Shown: piece after piece, positions 10,103 to 21,830 of the stretch | Position numbering within the stretch: the stretch's first letter is position 1 | Layout of the letters: each line of letters begins with the position of its first letter | NCBI GenBank assembly: GCA_002269645.1 | Contig: NIVC01002974.1 | Span: forward strand, 1 to 64,000 | Direction of reading: 5' to 3' | Source: Macrostomum lignano | Taxonomy: Eukaryota | DNA length: 64,000 nucleotides | Notes under the pieces: model-generated | Databases searched by the model: none | What the model saw: the letters and a program-made list of their open reading frames with translations, nothing else | What the model was told of the DNA's origin: nothing | Translations under genes and position numbers: made by a program

Positions 10103-10410
10103 GACCCTTCGCGCCTGCGGCGCGGGCAAGGGGTTATAGAGTAGTAGTATAGAAAAAGACGCTTCTAGATCAGACCTTATTTTAATGGCCGTTTGTAAGG
10201 TCTTAAGAGGGGGGGCGCGAGGGGGGTGTTGGGGAGTGTTTGGAAGTGTTTGGAAGTGATTTTTATTGTTAGGGGTGATTATGGGTGATTAGATGTGTTA
10301 AGGGTGTTTAGATGTGTTTTTTTATTTACCCCCCGTGTCCCCCCTCTAGACCCTTAAAACGGTCATTAAAAAAGTGCTCTGGGTCTAGAAGCGTCTTTTT
10401 ATATACTACT
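10103..10410 (-). repeat. Right terminal inverted repeat (~308 bp) containing an internal inverted copy of the terminus
   Basis: 10103-10232 matches 1-128. 10140-10226 and 10329-10410 are imperfect inverted copies of each other. Ends in ACTACT, followed by flank CAGCTG. Confidence 0.85.
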
Positions 10411-12070
10411 CAGCTGGTTGGCAAGGCCTCCGCGAGGCCGATTGCGAGGCTGCGTCCGCTAATTACGAAGGGAGGCTTGAGGACGGAGTAGTTGAGATTT
10501 TGGCCAAACTTTATTTATTGAAAAATTTGTGCGACTTAGCGATTATTTCTGTAACTTTTGATTAGCGATTGCATGCGTTTCAATTTTCGATGTTTTCAGT
10601 TTCAAGCTATTTTGGTGATGGGTTGGCGCTAAATTTTGGCGCTAAATTTTTCTTTTGTGGCTTTTGAGAGTTTTGCTTCCCTGCGCATTAAATCCAGTTT
10701 GGTTCTATCACATTGTGTTTTTTCATGTCTGCTGTCTATTTTTGGGAGTTTTGTTGTCTGTTTTTTGTGTTTTTTTGCCTTTTGTCGTTTATCCTCATTT
10801 CTCATTCATTACTCATTTCATCGCACTGTACGCTACATTTCAGGTTCAATCCCGTTTGCTAATCCAGTTCGAATATTTATCGCATCCCCGTGATTCGTTT
10901 ACTAACCTAATTATTTGATCCTATTTTCACTTTGTCATTTTGTCGAGCGTATTTCATCCTTGCGATTTAACTTTGTTCCTAAAAAGTACGCGGTACTATA
11001 ATAATTGACTGTTTCCATTTTTAAGATCTTTGTTCGAGGTGCTCTTTGTTGTTGGCATGTGCTCATGCCAAGAATGGAGGTATGGATTGAAGAGTAAAGG
11101 TTTTGCTTGTTTCATTGTACTTCTGTACTATTACTCATCATTTGCCTAGCTAATTTACCTGCCCCCCTCCGCGCCTCACGCCACTTTCTCACCCCCCCCA
11201 TTCTGATTTGGTTAAACGTACGAGTACATAGTAAGTCATGCACACTTACAACCCCCCCCCCGCTAAAGCCTGTGTCAACTCCGCCATATTATATTGAGAA
11301 TAAATATACCTAGCTCAAGAGTAGACTGCGCTTACCCCCTTGGTGATTTTGTTGTCTGCTACGATTGTCAATTGCGAGGCTAGCCGCCAAGTGCTGAGTT
11401 CTCAGTTCTTAAGAATCTCTTGTTAACAAAAGCTACGATTAATGAAAGCAAATGCATCAGTATGAGCGACGAGATCTCTTTCCTTGGCTTCAAGGTTTCA
11501 GCCGCTGGCTTCTGGCCAGACGATCGGTTGGTTAGGAAAGTGCGCCAAGTTGCTCGGCCGACATCCAAAAAGGAAAATGAGCAGTTTCTCGGACTTGTTA
11601 ACTTCTTTGGCCGCCTGATTCCAGAGTTCTCATCAAAGGTATCGCTTTTGACGCTCTAGATAAGACTTTAGACATTCAAAATAAGACTGCATAGGATCGC
11701 AAGCAAGGCCAGGCTAGCCACGGCCAGAGCATGCTCAGTCTTGGCGGCAGGAATGGCTTGGCCATAAACTAAAAAAATGGAATATCAAAATGAGAATAAG
11801 ACGCTCAATATGAGACTGAGTGTGAAAGCCTTCAGATATCGCTCTAACCCTCTGACCTTCAGCCAGCTCTCCTTCTTCACCCCTTGGGTTGCATCTGACC
11901 CCTTGGATTTCACTGTGATGGCACCATCGATTCCTGCAGCAGACCGTCAGCGTCTGATCGACGCAGTAAACAATGGATCAACCATCCTAGCTGCCGCTCA
12001 AATTCTCAAGATCAAGAGAGCGTCCGCCTTTAGGATCGCTGCGGATTTCCGCCTTCTGCGGAGCTGTTTG

Positions 12071-15000
12071 TGTTGTATACCGATCCGAATCCAATGTACT
12101 TTTATTTTCAGTCGTTGCCCCAGCGTTAATTTATTTGTCTGTGTCCCAAACAGCTACCGACTGACTCTGACTCTATAAAGGCTTGCCGTTACTTATATCG
12201 TTAAATAAAATATACATTCAACTTAAGCTACGCTCTCGTTATAACAGCTTTCGGCTCAGCACAGAGTCAAAGCACAAAACACAACAATGGCGTCGCAGTC
12301 ACTTGGCGAACTGCCGCTGGAGAAGCCCGATCGAGCTCAAACCTGGATGACTGCCTTCCAAGCGCTGGCCCGAGCAAAGGACTGGACTGATAGTGATGGA
12401 AAGAAGACCATCGCAGACAACTTTTTGGCGCACATCGGGCTCACAGCCTTGGAGAAGATACAAAGCATAATCGCCCCCAAATCCGTGACCGACCTGACTT
12501 TTGATGAAATCAACACTGCCGTGCAAGCGTACCTAAAGCCAAAGGAAAAGCTGGTCATCGCTGAACGCGTTCGTTTCTTCGCCATGCGGCAAGAACCAAA
12601 TGAATCAATTTCTGACTTCGTTAGTCGACTTCGTCGTGCCGCTAAGGACTGTAAGTTTGATGATTTGAAGACATCCACCAGTCCTCTCGAGGAACTGCTC
12701 CAAATGGCGCTAATTTCTGGGCTCAGCAATGTAAACCAACAACAACGCGTTCTGGAAGCTACTCAAATCAAATCATTCCAGTCGGTTCCTGAAATTGTCG
12801 ACTTTATTCGCGACCTAGAGCAGGTGACAGCTTTTGTGTCCATAAAATCAAGCGACTTTCAAGCGACTTTGACTCAGCCAGCTCCTTCAATCCAAACACA
12901 CGAAGCCTCTGTGCATTACTCGCAGCGACATAATGGACATCGGAGTGTCAAGGACTGTCGTTACTGCGGCAAAGCACATTCGGAAGGAAAATGCCCGGCT
13001 TTTGGCAAGCTCTGTTCAAAATGTGGTAAGAAAAATCACTTCGCCAGTGTATGTCGCTCATCATCTGCACGGCCTGTGCACCAAGTCACTGACCCATCAG
13101 CTCATGAAATAGACAATGAGCCACATGAGAAGACTTCTCTGATGCATCTCAGCGACGTGGGCACCGTCCACGCTGTCAACGTGGCCACCGAGCCACTTAT
13201 TATCGATGGCAAGACCGTCGACATGCAGATCGATACAGGCGCCTCCGTCTCCGTGCTCTCCAGTTCGCAATGGGAACGACTGGGTCGACCCTCGCTGCAG
13301 AAGTGTTTTCGGCGGCTAGAAGCCTTTGATGGTCACGTGATGAAATCACTCGGAAAGCTGGCAACCACGGTTGAACTACGAGGTCATCTGCACCCTGCAG
13401 AGCTCATTGTGGTCAACTCGAGCAAACCATATGGCTTACTTGGTCGCGATCTGTTGGACGTGGAGGACCTCTTTCACACCACAAGTGTGCCCCAGAACAA
13501 CACCCGCGTAGTTGAGCCACTGCCTACCATAAAAGGCGTGAAAGCTCGCATGGAGGTTGTTGACGGTGCCAGACCAAGATTCTGCCGTGCTCGATCCGTG
13601 CCTATTGCAATTGAGGGGCAGATTAACGCCGAACTCGACCGCTTGCAACAGCTAGGAATAATTGAACCCATCGAGGGACCCGTGAGCAATGCGTCGCCCG
13701 TGGTGTGGGTGAAAAAGAAAGATGGCACCTTGCGCATATGTGCCGATTACAGTGTACACGTGAATGAGAAAATAAAGTCCGACTCTCATCCGATCCCCAA
13801 TGTAGAAATTCTTTTCTCACGCTTGAAAAACGCAAAAGTCTTCGCCACCGTCGACCTCCGCTCGGCCTACTGGCAAATTGAACTGGATGAAGCGGCCAGA
13901 GATCTTTCTATCATCAACACGTCGCGTGGACTGTACCGAGTAAACAGACTGCAAATGGGGATGAAAAACGCCTCGTTCATCTTCCAGAGAACTATGGAAT
14001 CGATTTTGTCAGAAATCAAAGGACTGCTGATTTATCAAGACGACATCCTGGTGCACGCACCAGATGCGGCTACTCTAGAAAAGCGCCTTGCCGCGGTGCG
14101 CACCCGACTACAAGAAAAGCGCGTCACCATCAACGAGTCAAAGTGCATCAGCTACACCGATTCCATCTCTTTTCTTGGATTCAAGATCTCTGCCGCCGGA
14201 ATCCAGCCAGACGATCGGCTTGTTGAAAAAGTCAGACAAGTTTCTGCACCGACTAACAAATCTGAGCTCGCGAGCTTTCTGGGACTAGTCAACTTCTTTG
14301 GGAGACTGATTCCGAACTTCGCTCGAAAGACCGCTCCTCTTAACCATCTGCGAAAATCCAACGTCAACTTTGACTGGACCGACGAGTGCTCTCGAGCTTT
14401 TAATAACCTCAAAGCCGAAATCGCCTCTGCGCCAATAGTGCAGCCCTATAGCCTATCAAAGGAGCTGACTCTAACAACGGATGCCTCAAAGAGCTCAATA
14501 GCTGCTGTAGTGACTCAGGAAGGGCATCCCGTAATATTTGTATCAAGGACGCTGTCATCCGCCGAATCAAATTATTCAAATATTGAGCGCGAGGCCCTCG
14601 CCATCTTCTGGGCCGTCGCTCGACTGAAGCACTTCCTTCATGGCCGTCACTTCACAATCAAGACAGATCATCAGCCACTGACTCGCCTTTTCCGCGGTGG
14701 CATCCCTCTGAACACATCGGCGAGAATCGGGCGCTGGGCTATGCATCTCATGCAGTTTGACTTCAACATCGAGTACGTGCGAGGCCGCGACATTCCACAC
14801 GCTGACGCTTTATCTCGGCTCCGCTTTGATCACCCTTCAGCAGACGACAAGGAAACGTTTGATGCTATCAACGTCGTGGTATTTGAATCGCCGGTGATCG
14901 AGGCCGGAAGAATTTTGGCAGAAATGGACGCAGACCCGTTCACCCAGAAGATTTTAATGAGAGTACGCAATGGAAATTGGCAAGGTTGCTCGCAGGCAGA

Positions 15001-16485
15001 GTCAAGCTTCAAAGCCGTTTCCGAAAAGCTAACGCTGGAAAACGGACTTCTTTACATGCCGAGGAGGGTTTACATCCCCCCACGGTTGCGCCGGGCTGCC
15101 TTTGACGCGATCCATGACACCCACTCTGGAATTCAGGCCTCATACAACCTGCTTTCAGCGTCTTGCTGGTGGCCTGGGATGCAACAGGATGTGTCACGAT
15201 TTGTCCAACGCTGCCCGGTCTGCAGCCGCCTACGACCGCGTGTCGGCCACGACAGGGATCGATGGCCCGCCCCGGACTATCCATTCCAACGCATTCACAT
15301 GGACTGGGCGCATGTAAGAGGAGCTGGCGACATACAGATTATCGTTGACGCTCATTCTGGCTGGATAGAAGCGTTTCCCTGCCAAAACAGAGTGGCCAGC
15401 ACTGTCCAGCGGTGCCTCTGCGCCATCTTTGCACGCTTTGGTATGCCGGAGCTGGTTGTGTCAGACAACGCACCCGAATTTGTGGCCGATAGCCTTAACG
15501 CATGGCTGCGCGCTCATGGAGTGAAGAAAATGGAGTCAACCGCCTACTATCCTCAGGCAAACGGCCTCGCAGAAAGGGCAGTGCAGACCGTTAAATCTGC
15601 GCTGCGTGCATGGTCGGAAAGAATAACTCACATGGATTTCCCATTCTACCTGCAAAAAGTGCTCATGCACCATCGCAACTCCTCAAGAAGCCGCGGCCAG
15701 TGCCCAGCCGAGTTGGTGCTTGGTAGACGCCTTCGTGTACCGGTCGTCTCACAGTTCGAGCAAGGAGACAACGTCATCTACCAGCCGCAGAAATCAACTC
15801 AGGGAAGCCAGGCTACATTTCTAATGACTGCTGGACACAATACGGCATGGATTTTAGAAGATGAGAGCCTGAAGCTGGCCAGCACCAATCAGTTGGCCCC
15901 ACCAATGCCACAGCAGGACGCCCTTACAGCGGACGAAGAGGAAGCGAATGACAATCTGCCTGTGCAACAGCCCCCGATGCAAATGGCGGCCGGAGAAGAG
16001 CAGGCACCAACGACCCATGAGCAGGATGCCCCAGAGCAACCGAATGACAACCCGATGCGCCGAAGCTCGCGAAATCGTCGGGCCCCTGATCGATTCGTGC
16101 CGTAATTGCTGAACAGTATAGACGCTGATTAAATTCCAAACTTTCAACGAATTCGCCGTTACTTTGTTAAGAACCAAGCTCCCTAAGCTCACCCGTTCAT
16201 ACTCAAACCCACTAATCAATAACCACCAACGCTTTTCCGTTGCAGTTCTCATTCCCTCGAAGGGGGACATGTTGTATACCGATCCGAATCCAATGTACTT
16301 TTATTTTCAGTCGTTGCCCCAGCGTTAATTTATTTGTCTGTGTCCCAAACAGCTACCGACTGACTCTGACTCTATAAAGGCTTGCCGTTACTTATATCGT
16401 TAAATAAAATATACATTCAACTTAAGCTACGCTCTCGTTATAACAGCTTTCGGCTCAGCACAGAGTCAAAGCACAAAACACAACA
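12071..16485 (+). mobile_element. Intact young Mag-clade Ty3/Gypsy LTR retrotransposon (4415 bp)
   Basis: 216-bp LTRs 12071-12286 and 16270-16485 (TG...CA, identical by eye); 5-bp TSD GTTTG; PBS TGGCG... overlapping the ATG; PPT before 16270. Confidence 0.97.
12287..16105 (+). CDS. Gag-Pol polyprotein (1272 aa): Gag, 2 CCHC-type knuckles, protease, RT, RNase H, integrase
   Basis: CRYCGKAH..CPAFGKLCSKCGKKNHFASVC; IDTGAS; YQDDILV; TDAS; HMDW...SDNAPEF...AERAVQT. Confidence 0.97.
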   Translation: MASQSLGELPLEKPDRAQTWMTAFQALARAKDWTDSDGKKTIADNFLAHIGLTALEKIQSIIAPKSVTDLTFDEINTAVQAYLKPKEKLVIAERVRFFAMRQEPNESISDFVSRLRRAAKDCKFDDLKTSTSPLEELLQMALISGLSNVNQQQRVLEATQIKSFQSVPEIVDFIRDLEQVTAFVSIKSSDFQATLTQPAPSIQTHEASVHYSQRHNGHRSVKDCRYCGKAHSEGKCPAFGKLCSKCGKKNHFASVCRSSSARPVHQVTDPSAHEIDNEPHEKTSLMHLSDVGTVHAVNVATEPLIIDGKTVDMQIDTGASVSVLSSSQWERLGRPSLQKCFRRLEAFDGHVMKSLGKLATTVELRGHLHPAELIVVNSSKPYGLLGRDLLDVEDLFHTTSVPQNNTRVVEPLPTIKGVKARMEVVDGARPRFCRARSVPIAIEGQINAELDRLQQLGIIEPIEGPVSNASPVVWVKKKDGTLRICADYSVHVNEKIKSDSHPIPNVEILFSRLKNAKVFATVDLRSAYWQIELDEAARDLSIINTSRGLYRVNRLQMGMKNASFIFQRTMESILSEIKGLLIYQDDILVHAPDAATLEKRLAAVRTRLQEKRVTINESKCISYTDSISFLGFKISAAGIQPDDRLVEKVRQVSAPTNKSELASFLGLVNFFGRLIPNFARKTAPLNHLRKSNVNFDWTDECSRAFNNLKAEIASAPIVQPYSLSKELTLTTDASKSSIAAVVTQEGHPVIFVSRTLSSAESNYSNIEREALAIFWAVARLKHFLHGRHFTIKTDHQPLTRLFRGGIPLNTSARIGRWAMHLMQFDFNIEYVRGRDIPHADALSRLRFDHPSADDKETFDAINVVVFESPVIEAGRILAEMDADPFTQKILMRVRNGNWQGCSQAESSFKAVSEKLTLENGLLYMPRRVYIPPRLRRAAFDAIHDTHSGIQASYNLLSASCWWPGMQQDVSRFVQRCPVCSRLRPRVGHDRDRWPAPDYPFQRIHMDWAHVRGAGDIQIIVDAHSGWIEAFPCQNRVASTVQRCLCAIFARFGMPELVVSDNAPEFVADSLNAWLRAHGVKKMESTAYYPQANGLAERAVQTVKSALRAWSERITHMDFPFYLQKVLMHHRNSSRSRGQCPAELVLGRRLRVPVVSQFEQGDNVIYQPQKSTQGSQATFLMTAGHNTAWILEDESLKLASTNQLAPPMPQQDALTADEEEANDNLPVQQPPMQMAAGEEQAPTTHEQDAPEQPNDNPMRRSSRNRRAPDRFVP

Positions 16486-18816
16486 GTTTGTATGGTGACT
16501 GCCAAAAAGCAAATAAATTACGTTCACTCCCGGTCTCATATTGAGCGTCCTATTCTCATTTTGATATTCCATTTTTTGTCTCTGGCCAAGCCATTCCTGC
16601 AGCCAAGACTGGGCTTGCTCTGGCCGTGGCTAGCCTGGCCTTGCTTGCGATCCTATGCAGTCTTATTTTGAATGTCTAAAGTCTTATCTAGAGCGTCAAA
16701 AGCGATAGCTCCCCTTAACAAGCTACGTAAGTCAGGCGCCGCCTTCGTGTGGACCGACGAATGCCAACGGGCATTTGACCAACTTAAAAAGGAGCTCTCT
16801 TCTCGGCTAGTTGTTCAGCCATACAGTCTTGACAAGGAAGCGACTTTGACCACTGATGCATCTAAAGGGGCTCTTGTCGGTGTCCTGACTCAGGAGGGTC
16901 ACCCTGTGATATATATTTCCAGGACTCTATCGAAGGCAGAGGAAAATGACTCCAATATTGAAAGAAAAGCCCTAGCCATTGGCTGGGCTGTCTCTCGTCT
17001 AAAGCATTACCTACAAGGTCGAAAGTTTGAGATCCACACTGACCATCAGCCGCTGCTCCGGCTCTATGGTGGCAGCATTCCTACCGGCACCTCGGCAAGA
17101 ATAAGCAGATGGACACTTTCGCTAATGCAGTTTAATTTCGAAATCAAGTACATCCCAGGCTCAAAAATTCCTCATGCCGACGCTCTGTCTCGGCTGTCTT
17201 TTCTGACTGGCAAGCAAGACGAAGAACCCCCCGAAACAGCTCAGGCAATCAACTGCGTCACCTTTGAAACTTTGACTATCGACTCCACCTGCATTGCTTC
17301 AGAGTTGGCTCGAGATCCCCTCATGCCGAGAATTTTGAGCCGAATTCGCTCAGGTGATTGGAAAGGCTGTTCAAAGGCTGAGTTACCTTTTAAGAGGGTT
17401 TCGGAGTGCCTGACGCTCGAGAACGGACTACTGTACATGCGTCGACGAGTTTTTATTCCTCTGCGTCTTTGGAGAGAGGCCTTTAATGCCATCCATGACA
17501 CCTACTCAGGTGTGGCTGCAGCCTATAGCCGTCTTTCGCTATCGTGCTGGTGGCCCGGCATGCAGAAGGACGTCGAGCAGTTCGTGCACCAGTGTTCCGT
17601 CTGCAATCGACTGTGGCCACGCCTATGGAAAATGAGGGATCACTGGCCACCCGCAACACGACCATTCCCGAGGGTCCACATTGACTGGGCATTCGTACAA
17701 GAAGCAGGAAATCTGCTAATTGTGGTTGACGCATACTCGGGTTGGATCGAAGCATTTCCTTCACCGGACAGGTCCGCAGCTAATGTATTAAAATTCTTGA
17801 GAACAGTTTTCACTCGGTTTGGTGTACTAGATCTTGTCATTTCTGACAATGGGGCAGAGCTCACACAGGAAACCCTGCTATCCTGGCTTCGGGCTAATGG
17901 AGCGCAAAAAAAGGAAACACCCCCTTACTCGCCGCAGTCGAATGGCACAGCTGAAAGAGCCGTTCAGACTGTAAAAAGAGCTTTGCAAGCTTGGACCCAG
18001 CGACTAACCCACTCTGATTTCACCGCTTTTCTGCAGAAAGTCCTTCTCCACCATCGCAATTCATCCAACTCGCGTGGTGCGACGCCCGCTGAACTGGTCT
18101 TTGGTCGTCGGCTGCGCATCCCGGTAGTTTCAACCTTCCAGCAAGGCGACCTCATTGGCTACAAGGCAAAAGTGGACACTCCCACCAGAAATGCCGAATT
18201 TCTGATGACCCAGGGACAAAACACCTCCTGGTTGCTAGCAGACAATGCACTACGCTTGGTCAGCAACAATCAACTCGCGCCTCGCACTTTTTCTGATGAA
18301 GAAACCGATGAGACGGATGTGGAAGGTCAGAGACCAGCTGCACCGGAGCCACAGGTTGCACAGGCCATACCGACACGGAGGAGCGAGTGAATTCGAAGGG
18401 AACCCGACCGCTACAGGCCATAGAATCGTACAAGTCCCAACGAAACAGTTTAATAACTCACTATGTTGATCGCAGACTACTTTAAGCTCAGATCAGAGCC
18501 ACGTGTTCAGGCTCCCAGACGCTTTCCCCAGTTTATAATCGTTGTTACATGTATAATCTAAAAAGGCTTTTCTCCGGAGGGGGGCATGACATAGATCGGC
18601 TGTGCTATTGTTTCTGTTTGCGTTTCTACAATCGTATGTTTTCGTAATTCTGTCTATGTGCTAAAGTATTGCAGCGATTAAAAGTACCCAAGTTAGTAGA
18701 CAGGAGTGTGAGACAACTTTTTGGCTTTATTGAAATAAATCTGAATTCTGGGCTCGTTTCTGGCCTCACCGCATGTAACTGCTTCAAGCGAGTCATCACA
18801 GTCGTCACGATTGAGG

Positions 18817-19245
18817 AGACGTGGTCCCCAAGGGCAGGGGACGTGGTCGCCGAAGGCAGGGCGTGGTCCGCGAAAGCAGACGATATGATCACAGAAGGCG
18901 GAGACGTGGTCTCGATTGAGTGGACGTGGTCCCTGAGGGCAGGCGATTTGGTCGCCGACGGCGTTGTCCCTGAAAGGGGCGACGTGATCTATTAAGGCGG
19001 GGACGTGGTCCCGATTCAGGGTTGGTAGTTCCCGAGGACGGTGACGTTGTCGCCGACGGATTGGTCTCCGAAGGCAGGGGACGTGATCACAGAAGACGGG
19101 GACGTAGTCCCAATTGAGTGGACGTGGTCTCAGAGGAAAGTGGACGTGGTCTCCGAAGGCAGGGGACGTTGTCCCCGAGAGCTGTGACATAATCCCTGAA
19201 GGTGGTGACGTGATCCCAGAAGGCAGAGACGTCGTCCCCGAGGGC
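18817..19245. repeat. Degenerate minisatellite, ~20-22 bp unit with GACGTGGTC core
   Basis: About 20 recurrences of GACGT(G/A)(G/A)TC-type cores separated by GC-rich spacers of similar sequence. Confidence 0.85.
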
Positions 19246-19866
19246 CTATTGTATAATTGATATATTATATAAACATGTATAAATATATATATAAACATAG
19301 CTATAGTTAACGATATTAGAATTAGATTACTACTACATATATTTCTTCTTGCGCCATGAGCAGCATTTGCGACGGGCCCCAAACGACGAGCTCATTGCAA
19401 AGAACAGTTTATTGTGGTACTCAGCCATCACGGAAGAAGAAGCAGACAGGCTATTCGAGGAGGGCAAAAAGGATGTCGTCGAGGCGTCGGAGGACATTCG
19501 CGATCAAGTGTAGATGTATTTTGCGGAGATAGTGGGCTGGACCCGGAACGGCCCATCCCCGAGCATGTCGCTACCGCCGCCCGACGCATCATGGCTGTCA
19601 CAGCGCAACGCGTCACTGCCGCGGAGGCCGACGCCCAGCAAAGCGCAATTCCGGGTGTGGTAAGCACGCTACCCCAAATTATGTTTAGCTTAACCATCTT
19701 GAATATAGCCCTTAAATAGTCACCTTCTGACTTAGACGGCTAAATTTTACCCTGGCAGCTGAAAACTAATGATGTTAATTTCGTGACAATAAAAGCACAA
19801 TTCTCATTGCTGCTACATTGAAGAAAATTTGTTTAAATAGAATTCCGGTAGGGTTGCTCGCTTGAC

Positions 19867-20293
19867 AACAATTAAGTAGAGAAAACTTAAAATCAACATT
19901 TTAGTTTCTTAGACTTTTGCCAATGCATTTTGACCAAAATCGGTCATCTTCAGGGCAGACACGTCAATTAATCACGCAGAACCATGATATATATATTTTA
20001 CTTTAAGAAATTAAAACTGTACAATGCCAAGTGCAAATCAATTTCGGTCGAATACGGTTAACAAGAGAAAAAAACCTGAATAAAGTTCAACGAGACTGCC
20101 AACCACAGCTAAGCTAAAACACATTGACTAGGAATTGTACAGTTTTCATTTCTTAAAATGAAATATATATACCATGGTTCTGTGTGATTGGTTGACGTGT
20201 CTGCCCTGAAGATGACCGATTGTGGTCGAAATGCATTGGCAATAGTCTAAGAAACTAAAATGTTGATTTTGAGTTTTCTCTACTTAATTTGTT
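19867..20293. repeat. Fold-back element: ~160-bp inverted arms around a ~108-bp spacer, probably a Penelope-like pLTR remnant
   Basis: 19867-20025 is the reverse complement of 20134-20293 with a few mismatches; each arm carries a hammerhead motif. Confidence 0.8.
20202..20241 (+). ncRNA. Minimal type I hammerhead ribozyme (Penelope-type)
   Basis: Stem I UGCC/GGCA; core CUGAAGA+U; stem II GACC/GGUC; GAAA; palindromic stem III AUGCAU; predicted cleavage after AUU (20237). Confidence 0.75.
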
Positions 20294-21830
20294 TAAAGTT
20301 TAAATTTCCACAATCCAAATTCGGGCCTTTTCTTTGAAATCAATGGCATTACTCCATAGCCAGCATACTATATAGCCAAATGTACACACACGTGTACGTA
20401 CCCCACTGAAAGTTTACGTTAATAAACTGTTACAAGCGTCGTATTGACATGTATAACAAAAGTACATCTCAGTAATTTTTTTGCTTTTTCTGCAGCGCTC
20501 CTTCGACCTATGCAGCCTCAAAACAAAGAACCAACTGAAAAAGAAGGCGGCTCCTGTGAAAGACGACTGCAGCGAGTGCAGACACGGCAGCGGCGGCCAC
20601 AGCAGCAGAGGCACCGGCTGACAACATTTTTTGTCAGCCCGCATCGCTATTGGGGCACAGTTGACTCGTGGCGTGGTTTCTTTGCCGCGAGCGTATCCCA
20701 GTGGAGGAACGCTTACACTCCAATTATGGCCACGTTGCTGCCCGGTAATGAGGCGTTCAAAACTGCATTTGAAGCCGTTTACCCGACACTGACGAGGGTC
20801 AGTACAAGCTCACTCGGCTTTACAAGACGGGCGGCAACCTAGACCTCCTGCATGAAACTTTTGCCGAGTACACCAAGGCTGCCTCCGATGAAGATCGGTT
20901 CGAATATGCTTCTATCGGCAACTACGTTCCAATGCCCGATGAACCGAACCCAAGCGAGTTAAGGAGTCAGCTGACGCTGTATGCAAAGCATATAAAGCCC
21001 AATAAGATAAAGGAAAACCTGAAAGTCGTCTGTTAACGTCTTTAACGTCTGTTAAAATTTTATAGGTAAAAGAACGGATTGCGATTTTTTAATGGTAGAC
21101 AAAAAGCAGTGTGCACCCTTGCGCACTTTAACCGAAATTGTCGCACAACCGGTGAGAGGCATTACTGCCCATTCCGCCTCCCCTGAGCAGGCACACAAGC
21201 GGGCAGATACATACAGTCATCTGCACAGGCACACGCTCAAACAGGATTTCACAGCAGCCCCAAATTTATTTATCTTTAGACATGTTACATTTCACTGTGC
21301 CTTAGGGTTGGCCCTCCCGATCAAAGCCGTAAATTGCGTCAGCAGACAGCTTGGAATCGAGCCTGGGCCCGTGGCACAGAGCGCCGCGCCAGACCACTTG
21401 ACAATACGGCCCCCTTAAGGGTTGCGGTTATATCTGTATACCCGCTTTTGTCCATTTTATTTCAATTGTCTGCCGCTTGGACGAGACTCAAAAGTCTGCG
21501 CGCTCACTTGCTTGCGGGCTTGTAAAATTAAAGAACAATCGTACAGTCACGAGCCAACATAAATTAGCGTACGCTCCAGGCCTCTGTAAACTTCGTATCT
21601 TCATATCGCAGCTTGTCAAAGGCGGTTGTCTTGTGCACTCGCACGCTGCTGCGCTCATACGGGCGGTGAGAAGAGCAGCAGCAAATCCGTGGGAATGTTA
21701 GTACCTTATTTTTAGCGTAATGAAGAGTAAATAACAGGTCAGCAGTGCTGCATTCAAGAGCTCTCCACAAAATCAAAGTGAAGAAATTTTAACTCGTAGA
21801 GCTGTTTAAAGCGGTGTTTGGGATCCAGCA

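Larger units (their letters stand above)
1..10410. mobile_element. Polinton/Maverick (adintovirus-like) endogenous DNA virus; left end lies outside the window
   Basis: Bases 1-128 are the reverse complement of 10103-10232 (TIRs). Right end is ...TATATACTACT at 10410, matching Polinton 5'-AG...CT-3' (AGT)n termini. Encodes protein-primed PolB and an rve integrase. Confidence 0.95.
11642..16705 (+). mobile_element. Non-autonomous Tc1/IS630-like DNA transposon (~650 bp without its nested insert)
   Basis: TIRs of ~175 bp (11642-11816 and 16525-16705); TA duplication at 11640-41 and 16706-07; HTH start MAPSIPAADRQRLIDAVNNGSTILAAAQILKIKRASAFRI at 11918. Confidence 0.85.
11405..18600 (+). mobile_element. 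Older Mag-like Ty3/Gypsy element (5'-truncated), interrupted at 11640-16707
   Basis: RT segment FLGLVNFFGRLIPEFSSKV (to 11641) resumes as APLNKLRK after 16707. RNase H and integrase lie in ORF 16672..18390. PPT GGAGGGGGGCA at 18576-86 is followed by an LTR start TGACAT at 18587. Confidence 0.85.

Noticed and set aside
18626-19382. ORFs up to 229 aa (18693..19382 and others)
   Set aside because: Produced by a stop-poor minisatellite; the translations are repetitive.
19380-20990. Coding-like GC-rich stretches at 19400-19700 and 20500-20990
   Set aside because: Frames contain stops and I recognise no domain; possibly decayed exons or transposon remains.
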